In this document: positions 30,151 to 38,233 of the stretch, piece by piece
Layout of the letters: the number at the start of each line of letters is the position of its first letter
Numbering within the stretch: position 1 is the first letter of the stretch
Source of the DNA: Gemmatimonadales bacterium
GTDB lineage: Bacteria > Gemmatimonadota > Gemmatimonadetes > Gemmatimonadales > GWC2-71-9
Reading direction: 5' to 3'
NCBI GenBank assembly: GCA_036556025.1
Contig: DATBKD010000005.1
Location: 13,845 to 77,844 of the forward strand
Length of the DNA stretch: 64,000 nt
Program-made: the position numbers and the translations under genes
The notes under the pieces: model-generated
What the model was told of the DNA's origin: nothing
The model's input: only the letters and a program-made list of their open reading frames with translations
Databases searched by the model: none

Positions 30151-30203
30151 CAGCCGCAAGCGCGATGGCTATGCTGCGATGCAACAATTGATGCAGTGCA
30201 GCA
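30147..30203 (+). promoter_or_regulatory. promoter candidate for the phasin gene with overlapping TGC/GCA-rich inverted repeat (PhaR operator candidate)
   Basis: TTGACA (30147-30152), a 17-nt spacer, then TATGCT (30170-30175). The inverted repeat TGCTGC (30172-30177) ... GCAGCA (30198-30203) encloses GCGATGCAACAAT (30176-30188). Confidence 0.45.
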
Positions 30204-30229
30204 TTCCACCCTGAGAGCAGGAGCCACGT

Positions 30230-30619
30230 ATGCCGCCCGAGATCCTCGACCACTGGACCAAGTTCACCCGGACGGCCCTGGACGCCGTCAAGGAGCTGGT
30301 CGAGCTCAATACCAAGCTCTTGGAACGCTCGTCGGAGCAGCAGTTCGAGCTGGCCCATGCGTCGCTCGATGCCGGTGTCAAGGGCGCCCAGTTGGTGAGC
30401 GAGCCCCGCAGCTACAAGGACTACGTCAACGGCCAGACCGCGCTGGTCACCGAGTACGGTGATCGGGTGCTCAAGATTGTGCGCCGGGGAAACGAAGTCG
30501 CAGCCGAGCTGCGCGAGGAGTACGCCGGCTGGATCGAAGGCAAGGTCCGGGAGGTCTCAGCCCAGGCCCGGAGCTCGGGTCCCACCGCCGCTCCGACCAC
30601 GGGGAAGAAGGTCGCCTAG
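30230..30619 (+). CDS. phaP: phasin-family PHA granule protein
   Basis: 129-aa helical, Ala/Glu/Lys-rich protein directly after phaECB. The call rests on context and composition; no catalytic motif is expected. Confidence 0.7.
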   Translation: MPPEILDHWTKFTRTALDAVKELVELNTKLLERSSEQQFELAHASLDAGVKGAQLVSEPRSYKDYVNGQTALVTEYGDRVLKIVRRGNEVAAELREEYAGWIEGKVREVSAQARSSGPTAAPTTGKKVA

Positions 30620-30639
30620 GTCCGTTGTAATGTGGGGAA

Positions 30640-30667
30640 CGGCCGCAGCCCATCAGCGCTGCGGCCG
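30640..30667. terminator. GC-rich hairpin between the convergent phasin gene and phaR (bidirectional terminator candidate)
   Basis: CGGCCGCAGC (30640-30649), an 8-nt loop, then GCTGCGGCCG (30658-30667). It overlaps the last phaR codons. There are no clean U-tracts. Confidence 0.4.
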
Positions 30668-31204
30668 CGATCCTTTCCGCTTGGGGCCGGACGCTTTGGT
30701 CGCCGGCTTAGCGGTCCGTCGGTTGGGCTTGCTGGTTTCTCCCCTTCCCTCTCCCCCTTCACCTTCCGCTCCCCCAAACCAGGTGCCCTGAACATCGGTC
30801 CACAGGGCCAGGTTCCGGCGCGCCAGATCGGTCATCGCGCCCAGGGCGTCCTGGGCCATCACGTCGTCGAGATGCCGGCGAAACAGCCGTTGCTGCTCCC
30901 CAAACGCGGCGAGGCTGCGCTGAAGGAACTCGGAGGCGAGCCCCTGCACCGCATCGCCGTAGAACCGGATGATCTGGGTGAGAATCGGAATGGTGAAGAT
31001 CGGCTGACCCGCTTCCTCCTGCTCCGCAATGATCTGGAGCAGGACGCTGCGGGTGAGGTCCTCATCAGTCTTGGCGTCCCGGATGACGAACTGGACTCCG
31101 TCCAGCACCAGGCGCCGCACGTCCTCGAGGGTGATGTACTTGCTCGCGGCCGTGTCGTACAGGCGCCGATTGGGGTACTTCTTGATCACGCGAGGCTCGC
31201 TCAT
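30653..31204 (-). CDS. phaR: PHA synthesis repressor PhaR
   Basis: 183-aa ORF. It has the hallmark N-terminus IKKYPNRRLYDTAASKYITLEDV and a basic, low-complexity C-terminal tail. Confidence 0.92.
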   Translation of the reverse strand: MSEPRVIKKYPNRRLYDTAASKYITLEDVRRLVLDGVQFVIRDAKTDEDLTRSVLLQIIAEQEEAGQPIFTIPILTQIIRFYGDAVQGLASEFLQRSLAAFGEQQRLFRRHLDDVMAQDALGAMTDLARRNLALWTDVQGTWFGGAEGEGGEGRGETSKPNRRTAKPATKASGPKRKGSRPQR

Positions 31205-31238
31205 ACCGTCTCTTCGCCGCCCTCTGACGCCGACTGGA

Positions 31239-33101
31239 TCAACCCGGCGACGACTCGTCTCCTTCCAGATAGGTATATCCCTCCAATCCCGCCACGAAAT
31301 CGGCGATGAACCGGTTCGCGTCCGTCCGGGAGAGATCCTTCGCGTTGCTCACCTTCCGGCGGAAGGTCGCCAGCAGGTCGGAGGCCTGAAACTGGACGTA
31401 GTTGAGCACCTCGGTGACAGTGTCACCGTGAACCAGATGGGTGATTTCGTAGCCCTGGTCGGTCAGGCGGACGTGAACCGCATTGGTGTCACCGAACAGA
31501 TTGTGCAGATCGCCCAAAATTTCCTGATAGGCGCCGGTGAGGAAAATGCCGAGGATGTAGGGCTGGTCCTCGCTCACCGGATGCAGCTCGAGCGAGGGCT
31601 TGCCCTTGCGTCCCCCGGCGAACCGATCGATGACCCCGTCCGAATCGCAGGTCATGTCCTGCAGAGTCCCCCGCCGGGTGGGCGGCTCATTCAGCCGGTG
31701 AATCGGCATGATGGGGAAGAGCTGGTCGATTGCCCAATTGTCCGGCAGCGACTGGAAGACCGAGAAGTTGCAGAAGTAGCGATCGACCAGGGCCGCCTCG
31801 ATGTGCGCGGTGATCTCCGGGAAGGCGGTCTTGTCCTCCCCGATGGCCTGCAGGAGCGCGTGCAGCGTGGCCAGATAGAGCTGCTCGGCATCGGCCTTGT
31901 CGCGCAAGGAGAAGACCCCGCTGGAGAAGAACTCCTGGGTCCGCTCTTTGGCGAAGATCGCATCGTGGAAGACTTCCTCGATGCGGTCAGTGGTGAGTCC
32001 CTCCAGGTTTTCCGACATCTCCACCAGCAACGGGTGGGGGTCCTCCCTCAATGGGGGCGGGCTGGGCTCGATCTGGGATTCGACATCCGTCACGCTCACC
32101 AGCAGGAGCGCGTGATGCGCCGTGAGGGCGCGTCCCGATTCCGAGATGATGTGCGGCATCGGGAGGTCCTCCGTCCGGCAGGCGGTCCCGATGGTATACA
32201 CGACGTCGTTGGCATACTCCCGCAGCGTGTAGTTGACGCTGGCGGAGCGGGTGGACCGGGAACCATCGTAGTCCACCCCAAGTCCACCGCCCACGTCCAC
32301 ATGAGTCAGATCGAATCCCATCCCGCGCAGCTCGGCGTAATAGCGGGTGATCTCCTCCAGTCCAGCCTTGACGTGGCGGATGTCGGTGATCTGGCTGCCG
32401 AGGTGGAAGTGCACCAGCCGGAGAATCTCCTTTCGCCCCAGCCGGTCCAGCTGATCCAGGAGACGCATCAGCTCGACCGCGGAGAGCCCGAACTTGGAGC
32501 GTTCGCCCCCGCTCTTGGCCCAGCGCCCCGAGCCCTCGGTCGCGAGCTTGATGCGCACCCCGGCGGTCGGCTGGACCCCGATGTCGTCGGCGACCTTGAG
32601 CAGCACGTCCAGCTCGTTGAGCTGCTCCAGCACCACGATCACCGTGTGGCCCAGCTTCTGCCCCATAAGGGCCAGGCGCATGAACTCCTCGTCCTTGTAC
32701 CCGTTGCATACGATGAGATGGCTGGTGTTCTCGTTCAGGCCCAGTACCGCCTGGAGCTCCGGCTTGCTGCCGCACTCGAGCCCCACGCCGTGCGGCGCTC
32801 CAAACTCGACGATCTCCTGCATCACATGGCGCTGCTGATTGACCTTGACCGGATAGACCGTCGTGTAGGTCCCGCCGTAGCCGAACTCTTTGATGGCGTT
32901 CTCGAACTCGCCGGAGAGCGCCTCGATGCGGGAGCGAAGGATGTCGGAGAACCGGAGCAGGAGGGGAAGGCCGACGCCCTGGGCCTGAAGATCCATCGCC
33001 AGGTTGTAGAGATCGAGTCCACGCTTCCGGTTGGCATCAGGGTGTACGGTCACGTGCCCTTCCGCGCTTACCCGGAAGTAGCCCAGACCCCAGCCGCTCA
33101 T
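31239..33101 (-). CDS. speA: biosynthetic arginine decarboxylase
   Basis: 620-aa ORF with WGLGYFRV, the YPVKVNQQ PLP-lysine context and VDVGGGLGVDYDGS. Confidence 0.95.
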   Translation of the reverse strand: MSGWGLGYFRVSAEGHVTVHPDANRKRGLDLYNLAMDLQAQGVGLPLLLRFSDILRSRIEALSGEFENAIKEFGYGGTYTTVYPVKVNQQRHVMQEIVEFGAPHGVGLECGSKPELQAVLGLNENTSHLIVCNGYKDEEFMRLALMGQKLGHTVIVVLEQLNELDVLLKVADDIGVQPTAGVRIKLATEGSGRWAKSGGERSKFGLSAVELMRLLDQLDRLGRKEILRLVHFHLGSQITDIRHVKAGLEEITRYYAELRGMGFDLTHVDVGGGLGVDYDGSRSTRSASVNYTLREYANDVVYTIGTACRTEDLPMPHIISESGRALTAHHALLLVSVTDVESQIEPSPPPLREDPHPLLVEMSENLEGLTTDRIEEVFHDAIFAKERTQEFFSSGVFSLRDKADAEQLYLATLHALLQAIGEDKTAFPEITAHIEAALVDRYFCNFSVFQSLPDNWAIDQLFPIMPIHRLNEPPTRRGTLQDMTCDSDGVIDRFAGGRKGKPSLELHPVSEDQPYILGIFLTGAYQEILGDLHNLFGDTNAVHVRLTDQGYEITHLVHGDTVTEVLNYVQFQASDLLATFRRKVSNAKDLSRTDANRFIADFVAGLEGYTYLEGDESSPG

Positions 33102-33440
33102 GTTGTACAGCTTTTCTGCGTCCTTCGTGGTCCAGGCAGGGGGTGCAACCGTTGTAGCGATAGGGCGGCTCCTGCAAAGGGCGAAGCGGCAATTGTAATG
33201 AGATCAGTAGGTGAGGGAAAGCGGCGCGGGAGCCGTTTGCGTCCGCCAGTAGCGCCGGCGCTACAACGTGACCCGCCGGTCCTACCTGCAGTTCGTCGCA
33301 CTGGGCCGTAACGCCTTGGTGGCGGCCCCTGGAGCTGCCATTGACCCCGGGCATGAAGGTCGCGTTTCTCACCGTCGCAAAACTGAGGATTGCCTGAAGC
33401 AAGAACTTGCATCATCGGTAAATCTTCGACGGGGGCTCAC

Positions 33441-34118
33441 ATGGCCGCACCCAGCTTGATAGCCAATCGGCGGTTCTCGCATTCCCTCCGGCTCCGCTTG
33501 CAGGTCATCTTCGCTCGTGCCTGGGAAACGCTGGCAGAAACTCATTGCACGCAGGCAGTCGGCTTCGTCCGCCGGCTTCGAACCTGGATGCCGCTAGACG
33601 AGGCGTTGGATCGCTATTTCAGGGAGGTCGGGGTACCGGCCGCGATGCAGGAGACCGTCCGGGCACGGGCCCTGATCGCGCTCGCGCCGATGTTGGAAGA
33701 CGGGCCGGAGCCGGAAACTCGCGTGGCCGGCTGGAGCGCCCTGCGGCCCGACCAGATGATCGAAACGCTGAAGCGTCGAGCTCAGTATGTGGAGGAGGTC
33801 AACCTCGAGTGCCGGCTCGCGGCCTCGCTGTGCGATGAGGCGACCGCGACCACGCACCTGCGGATGGCGTTGGAGACGGCCGAGCTTCTGGCCGGCGAGG
33901 TGCCGCCGGATGAAGCCATCATGCACTACATCCGGACCTTCAATCTCCCCTCGATTGAGGCTCAGCTGGTTTTCCGCCGGGCGATGGCGCAGTGGGCGGA
34001 GCGGCATTCGCCCATTGCCGAAGCCTGGACGGCGACCGTCGAGCTCCGGGTCTGCGCCAGCGCTCCGCAGCTGGAGATTCCCGCGCGCTTTCGATTGGGG
34101 TTGCGCGCGGCGGGGTGA
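33441..34118 (+). CDS. hypothetical protein (predicted all-alpha, no motif recognised)
   Basis: I prefer ATG 33441; the track ORF starts at TTG 33390. Codon third positions are strongly G/C-biased like neighbouring genes, and no competing long ORF is present. I recognise no family. Confidence 0.55.
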   Translation: MAAPSLIANRRFSHSLRLRLQVIFARAWETLAETHCTQAVGFVRRLRTWMPLDEALDRYFREVGVPAAMQETVRARALIALAPMLEDGPEPETRVAGWSALRPDQMIETLKRRAQYVEEVNLECRLAASLCDEATATTHLRMALETAELLAGEVPPDEAIMHYIRTFNLPSIEAQLVFRRAMAQWAERHSPIAEAWTATVELRVCASAPQLEIPARFRLGLRAAG

Positions 34119-34132
34119 CCTCCGACCCAGTT

Positions 34133-34183
34133 CCCGTACGGGCCCGGTGTATCTTTCGGCAAGCCCGAGCCGGGCCGTACGGG
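34133..34183 (+). other. long imperfect hairpin immediately upstream of the M50 protease gene
   Basis: CCCGTACGGGCCCGG (34133-34147) pairs with CCGGGCCGTACGGG (34170-34183) with one bulge. The stem ends 7 nt before ATG 34191. Confidence 0.6.
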
Positions 34184-34190
34184 GGCAGCA

Positions 34191-35276
34191 ATGAGATGGT
34201 CATTCAGCATCGGACGGATCGCGGGGACGGACGTCAAGGTGCACCTAACCTTCCTGCTCCTCGTGGCGTACCTGGCGTGGGGCGGGTATCAGGAAGGCGG
34301 GTCGGCCGGCGCAATCGGGCGGACGCTTTTCATCCTCGGCTTATTCCTCTGCGTTCTCCTGCATGAATTCGGTCACATCCTCATGGCCCGGCGCTTCGGG
34401 GTGCGAACCCCCGACGTCATTCTGCTACCCATCGGTGGAGTCGCTCGTCTGGAACGATTGCCGGACCGTCCGCGCGAGGAGTTCCTGATCGCTGTGGCGG
34501 GGCCGGCGGTCACCTTGCTGATCGCCGCCGTCCTCTACCTCGGTATTCTGGCCGCTGGCGGCACCCCTGGCCTGCCGGATGAGAACCTGGCCAACGTGCC
34601 CTATTTCACCCAGCTGCTCTGGGCTAACGTCGTGCTCCTGGGATTCAATCTGATCCCGGCATTTCCCATGGACGGCGGCCGCGTCCTTCGGGCACTTCTG
34701 GCGAGCCGGCTGGGATTGGTCAGGGGGACCCGAGTGGCCGCCTCCGTGGGTCAGGTGCTGGCGATCGTGGGCGGGCTCTATGGGCTGAGCGGCGGCCCCC
34801 CGATGCTGGTGCTCATTGCGTTCTTCGTGTTCCTGGGGGCGAGCGCGGAGGCCTCGGCGGTGGAGACCCGGATCGCAGGCGAGGGACTCCGGGTGGCCCA
34901 GATGATGGTCACGGATTTTCGAACTATTCCCGTCTATGCGACACTATCGCAAGCCGTGGAGCTGCTGCTCTCGGGAGAGCAGCGGGAATTTCCGGTGATG
35001 GACAATCTCGGGCGGACCGAAGGGATTCTGACTCGAGACAACCTCATTCGCGGGTTGAGCCACCGCGGGCCCAATTCCACCGTAGCCGAGGCGATGACCG
35101 CAAATGCGCCCAGCGTTCCCCCGACGTTGGGCTTCCAGGAGGCGCTGGACCGGCTCCGCTCCAGCGGTCTTCCCGCGCTGCCGGTGATCGACCAAGGCGG
35201 GTCGCTCGTGGGCCTGCTCACCCTGGACAACATCACCGATCTGCTGCTGATCCGGCGCGCCCGGCCCGCCCGGTAA
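34191..35276 (+). CDS. M50 (site-2 protease-like) metalloprotease with C-terminal CBS pair
   Basis: 361-aa ORF. HEFGHILMARRF (HExxH) sits in a membrane segment, followed by NLIPAFPMDGGR and then two CBS-like repeats. Confidence 0.88.
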   Translation: MRWSFSIGRIAGTDVKVHLTFLLLVAYLAWGGYQEGGSAGAIGRTLFILGLFLCVLLHEFGHILMARRFGVRTPDVILLPIGGVARLERLPDRPREEFLIAVAGPAVTLLIAAVLYLGILAAGGTPGLPDENLANVPYFTQLLWANVVLLGFNLIPAFPMDGGRVLRALLASRLGLVRGTRVAASVGQVLAIVGGLYGLSGGPPMLVLIAFFVFLGASAEASAVETRIAGEGLRVAQMMVTDFRTIPVYATLSQAVELLLSGEQREFPVMDNLGRTEGILTRDNLIRGLSHRGPNSTVAEAMTANAPSVPPTLGFQEALDRLRSSGLPALPVIDQGGSLVGLLTLDNITDLLLIRRARPAR

Positions 35277-35288
35277 CCGTTCCCCGGG

Positions 35289-37208
35289 TTAACGCGACAA
35301 GGTATTGTTGGACCGATCAACGTCGGGCAGCGCCTTGCGCGGATCGACCACCACCCGCGTCACCGGCTTCCCGCTTTTCACCCGAAAGGCAAACCGGGGC
35401 CCCAGGTTCCACATCTCTACCGGCAGCCGCACCCGCTCGGTCGTGCTGTCCGCATAGGTGAGGTCCATCTCCAGCGGCAGGGTCATGGTCCCGCGATTGG
35501 ACAGGAACACCTTCTCGCTTCCCTCAACCGCGCGGACCGAGTCCACCGACTGGTCCAATCGAGCCGTGGTGTAGATCCAGTCCCGCCAGAAGAAATCCAA
35601 GTCCATTCCCGATGCTCCGCGCATGAGCCTGAAGAAGTCGGCAGGGGTCGGGTGCTTGAAGGCCCAGGTACGGAGGTACTCCCGGAAAGCAGCGTCGAAG
35701 CGCTCCTTCCCCAGCACCTCGTAGCGCAGGGTCTGCATCATGAGCGCCGGCTTTTGGTAGCCGGTCCAGAACAGGTCCTTGGACTCCACCGGCCGCAGGA
35801 TGAGTGGTTGTTCCTGCCCGGGGATGGCATGGTCGGGGTAGAGATGGAGCGGGTGGACCTCGATGCTGTCGCCGTAGGGCGTGCCGGCGAAGTATCGCGC
35901 GGCATTGCCCAGGTCGATGAAGGTGTTGAATCCTTCGTCCATCCAGGGATAGAGCCGCTCGTTGGATCCCACCACCATCGGCACCCACTGATGGCCCAGC
36001 TCGTGCGCCAGAACCCACTGCCGCTCCTCCCGGCTCGGCGCCCGCGGATCAAAGGTCATCATGGGATACTCCATTCCCTCGATGGGACCCTCGATGCTGG
36101 TGATGTGACTGTAGGGATAGGGAAACCACTGCTCGCTGTAGTATCGAAGCCCTTCGCGCACCATCCGGTTGGCTTCCTCCCATTCGGGGGCGGTCGGCCG
36201 GTACAGGGTGCTGACGATGATGCCCTTGTAGCCGCTCGCGTCCCAACGGAAGTTGGGTGCCGCGGCGAAGGCGAAGTCCCGGACGCTGTCCGCGGCGAAT
36301 CGCCAGGTGAGCTGCCCCCGATTGACCGGACGGGTCCGCTCGGGATGGCCCGCTTCCTCCGCCGTGATCACGGCGACCGCCTCGGCGGACCGGCGGGCGC
36401 GGGCGAGGCGTGCGCGCTGCGCTGGAGTCAGGACCTCGAGAGGGTTCTGCAGCCTTCCCGTCGCATCCACGATGTAGTCCGCGGGGACCGTGATCGCCAC
36501 GTCGAAGCTGCCGTACTCCAGGTAGAACTCGCCGGCCCCGATGTAGGGCTCATGGTTCCAGCCACGGACGTCGTCGTAGACCACGACCCGGGGGTACCAT
36601 TGACCCATCTCGTACAGGGTGCCGTCCCGCCCCATTCGGCCGGCGCCATAGTCGGGCACGGTGAACCGCCATCCGACCTCCAGATCCAGCGCCGCTCCTG
36701 GAGCGAGGGGATCTGGCAGATCCACCCGCATGGTGGTCCCAAAGATCTGAGGCCGCAGGTCTCTGGCTCCAAGCCGGAGCCGCTCGACGGTCAGCCCTCC
36801 GGGGAAGCCCTTGCAGGAAAAATCGAAGGTCGAGCCCAGAAACATGAGCGGAGGCTGATCCAGGGTCTCGGTGATGCTGGTCTTGCCACAGATGTTCTGC
36901 TCGAGGAACAGCCACAAGTACGGCAGCGAGTCAGGTGAGCGATTGAGATAGTGAATCGTCTCGACCCCGCGTAGCTCGTGCGAATCCGGCTCCAGCGTGG
37001 CCCTGATCCGGTAGTCCGCCCGCTGCTGCCAGTAGCGTGGTCCCGGGCGCCCGGAGCCGGTCCGCAGCAGGGTGGGGCTCGGAAGAGCCAGCGGGCGAAA
37101 GGGAGAGAGCGTGACGCTGGTGTCCCCCGTCGGTGGGTGGCCTTGAGCTCGGACGGAGCCGGCGCCGAAGACAATGCCGAGCGCAATGGCGGCGGTGAGA
37201 CGAAGCAT
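35289..37208 (-). CDS. M1-family metallopeptidase, secreted
   Basis: 639-aa ORF with an N-terminal signal peptide. HELGHQW followed by WMDEGFNTF gives the HExxH-(18)-E gluzincin signature. Confidence 0.88.
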   Translation of the reverse strand: MLRLTAAIALGIVFGAGSVRAQGHPPTGDTSVTLSPFRPLALPSPTLLRTGSGRPGPRYWQQRADYRIRATLEPDSHELRGVETIHYLNRSPDSLPYLWLFLEQNICGKTSITETLDQPPLMFLGSTFDFSCKGFPGGLTVERLRLGARDLRPQIFGTTMRVDLPDPLAPGAALDLEVGWRFTVPDYGAGRMGRDGTLYEMGQWYPRVVVYDDVRGWNHEPYIGAGEFYLEYGSFDVAITVPADYIVDATGRLQNPLEVLTPAQRARLARARRSAEAVAVITAEEAGHPERTRPVNRGQLTWRFAADSVRDFAFAAAPNFRWDASGYKGIIVSTLYRPTAPEWEEANRMVREGLRYYSEQWFPYPYSHITSIEGPIEGMEYPMMTFDPRAPSREERQWVLAHELGHQWVPMVVGSNERLYPWMDEGFNTFIDLGNAARYFAGTPYGDSIEVHPLHLYPDHAIPGQEQPLILRPVESKDLFWTGYQKPALMMQTLRYEVLGKERFDAAFREYLRTWAFKHPTPADFFRLMRGASGMDLDFFWRDWIYTTARLDQSVDSVRAVEGSEKVFLSNRGTMTLPLEMDLTYADSTTERVRLPVEMWNLGPRFAFRVKSGKPVTRVVVDPRKALPDVDRSNNTLSR

Positions 37209-37349
37209 CGTCGGTAACTCCGGGTCAGAGGCGGCCGATCAACTTACCCTCGCCCCGGGCCCACACAAGGCGCGACGCCCCTGGAAAAATCTGGTGCGTC
37301 CACGCATCCTACACCGCGCTGACCTGATTCATCCCCTGGAGGAGCATCC

Positions 37350-38219
37350 ATGATCCCTCGCTCGCTTGGCGGCCTCGTAGCCGTCCTCCTGTCTTTGGGC
37401 GCCTGCAAGTCCGAGCGCTCCAACTTGACATCTACAGCCGCCAGTCAGCCGCCAGCGGCTGCCCCGGCAGCGGCGGCCAACCCCGTGACCTTTACCGCCA
37501 CGGACTACAAGTTCTCCGGTCCATCCCAGATCCCGGCGGGCCTGACGGTCTTCAGCCTCCACAATCAAGGGAAGGAACTGCACCACCTGGTCATCGTCCG
37601 GCTGGACCAGGGTCGGACCCTCGACAGCCTGCTCGCTGCCCTCAAGCATCCCGGCCCGCCGCCGGCATGGCTTCATTTCGTGGGAGGCCCCAACGCCACC
37701 GAGCCGGGGTCCGAGTCCAACTCCACCACCGTGTTGCAGCCGGGGCACTACGCCGTGCTGTGCTTCATTCCCACAGCCGCGGGCGTTCCTCACGTCGCCA
37801 AGGGAATGGTCGGCGGTCTGGAGGTGACTCCGGCGACTACCCCGGAGGCGACCGCCGCCCCGGCCGACATCATCATCAAGCTGAACGATTATTCCTTCGA
37901 CCTCTCCGCGCCTCTCACGGCGGGGAAGCATACGATTCGGGTGCAGAACGATGGCCCGCAGACCCACGAGGTCGTCCTGGCGCAATTCCTCCCTGGGAAA
38001 TCGCTCAAGGACCTGGAGGCCTGGGAAAAGGGGGGAGAGAAGGGGCCACTTCCGGCCAAGTTTCTCGGCGGGGTCTCTCCACTGGATAAGGGTGAGTCGG
38101 GGCAATTCACTTTGACCGTGGAGCCGGGCGATTACTCTCTTCTCTGTTTCCTGCCCGACGCGAAAGATGGGAAGCCGCACTTGATGCACGGGATGGTGAA
38201 ACCGCTCAAGGTGAGTTAG
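37350..38219 (+). CDS. lipoprotein with two cupredoxin-like repeats (putative metal-binding)
   Basis: The signal and lipobox are LLSLGAC. There are two internal repeats, each with N.G...H..V and G.Y...CF.P......PH...GM. The C..H..M spacing resembles type-1 copper ligands but with a longer loop. Confidence 0.6.
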   Translation: MIPRSLGGLVAVLLSLGACKSERSNLTSTAASQPPAAAPAAAANPVTFTATDYKFSGPSQIPAGLTVFSLHNQGKELHHLVIVRLDQGRTLDSLLAALKHPGPPPAWLHFVGGPNATEPGSESNSTTVLQPGHYAVLCFIPTAAGVPHVAKGMVGGLEVTPATTPEATAAPADIIIKLNDYSFDLSAPLTAGKHTIRVQNDGPQTHEVVLAQFLPGKSLKDLEAWEKGGEKGPLPAKFLGGVSPLDKGESGQFTLTVEPGDYSLLCFLPDAKDGKPHLMHGMVKPLKVS

Positions 38220-38233
38220 CGGCGCCGTCGCAG

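Noticed and set aside
30700-30790. Pyrimidine-rich tract (CCCCTTCCCTCTCCCCCTTCACCTTCCGCTCCCCC) resembling a 9-mer arm, encoding GGAEGEGGEGRGE in the PhaR tail
   Set aside because: There is no clear 9-nt periodicity and no complementary purine arm nearby. I treat it as ordinary low-complexity coding sequence, possibly a decayed half-element.
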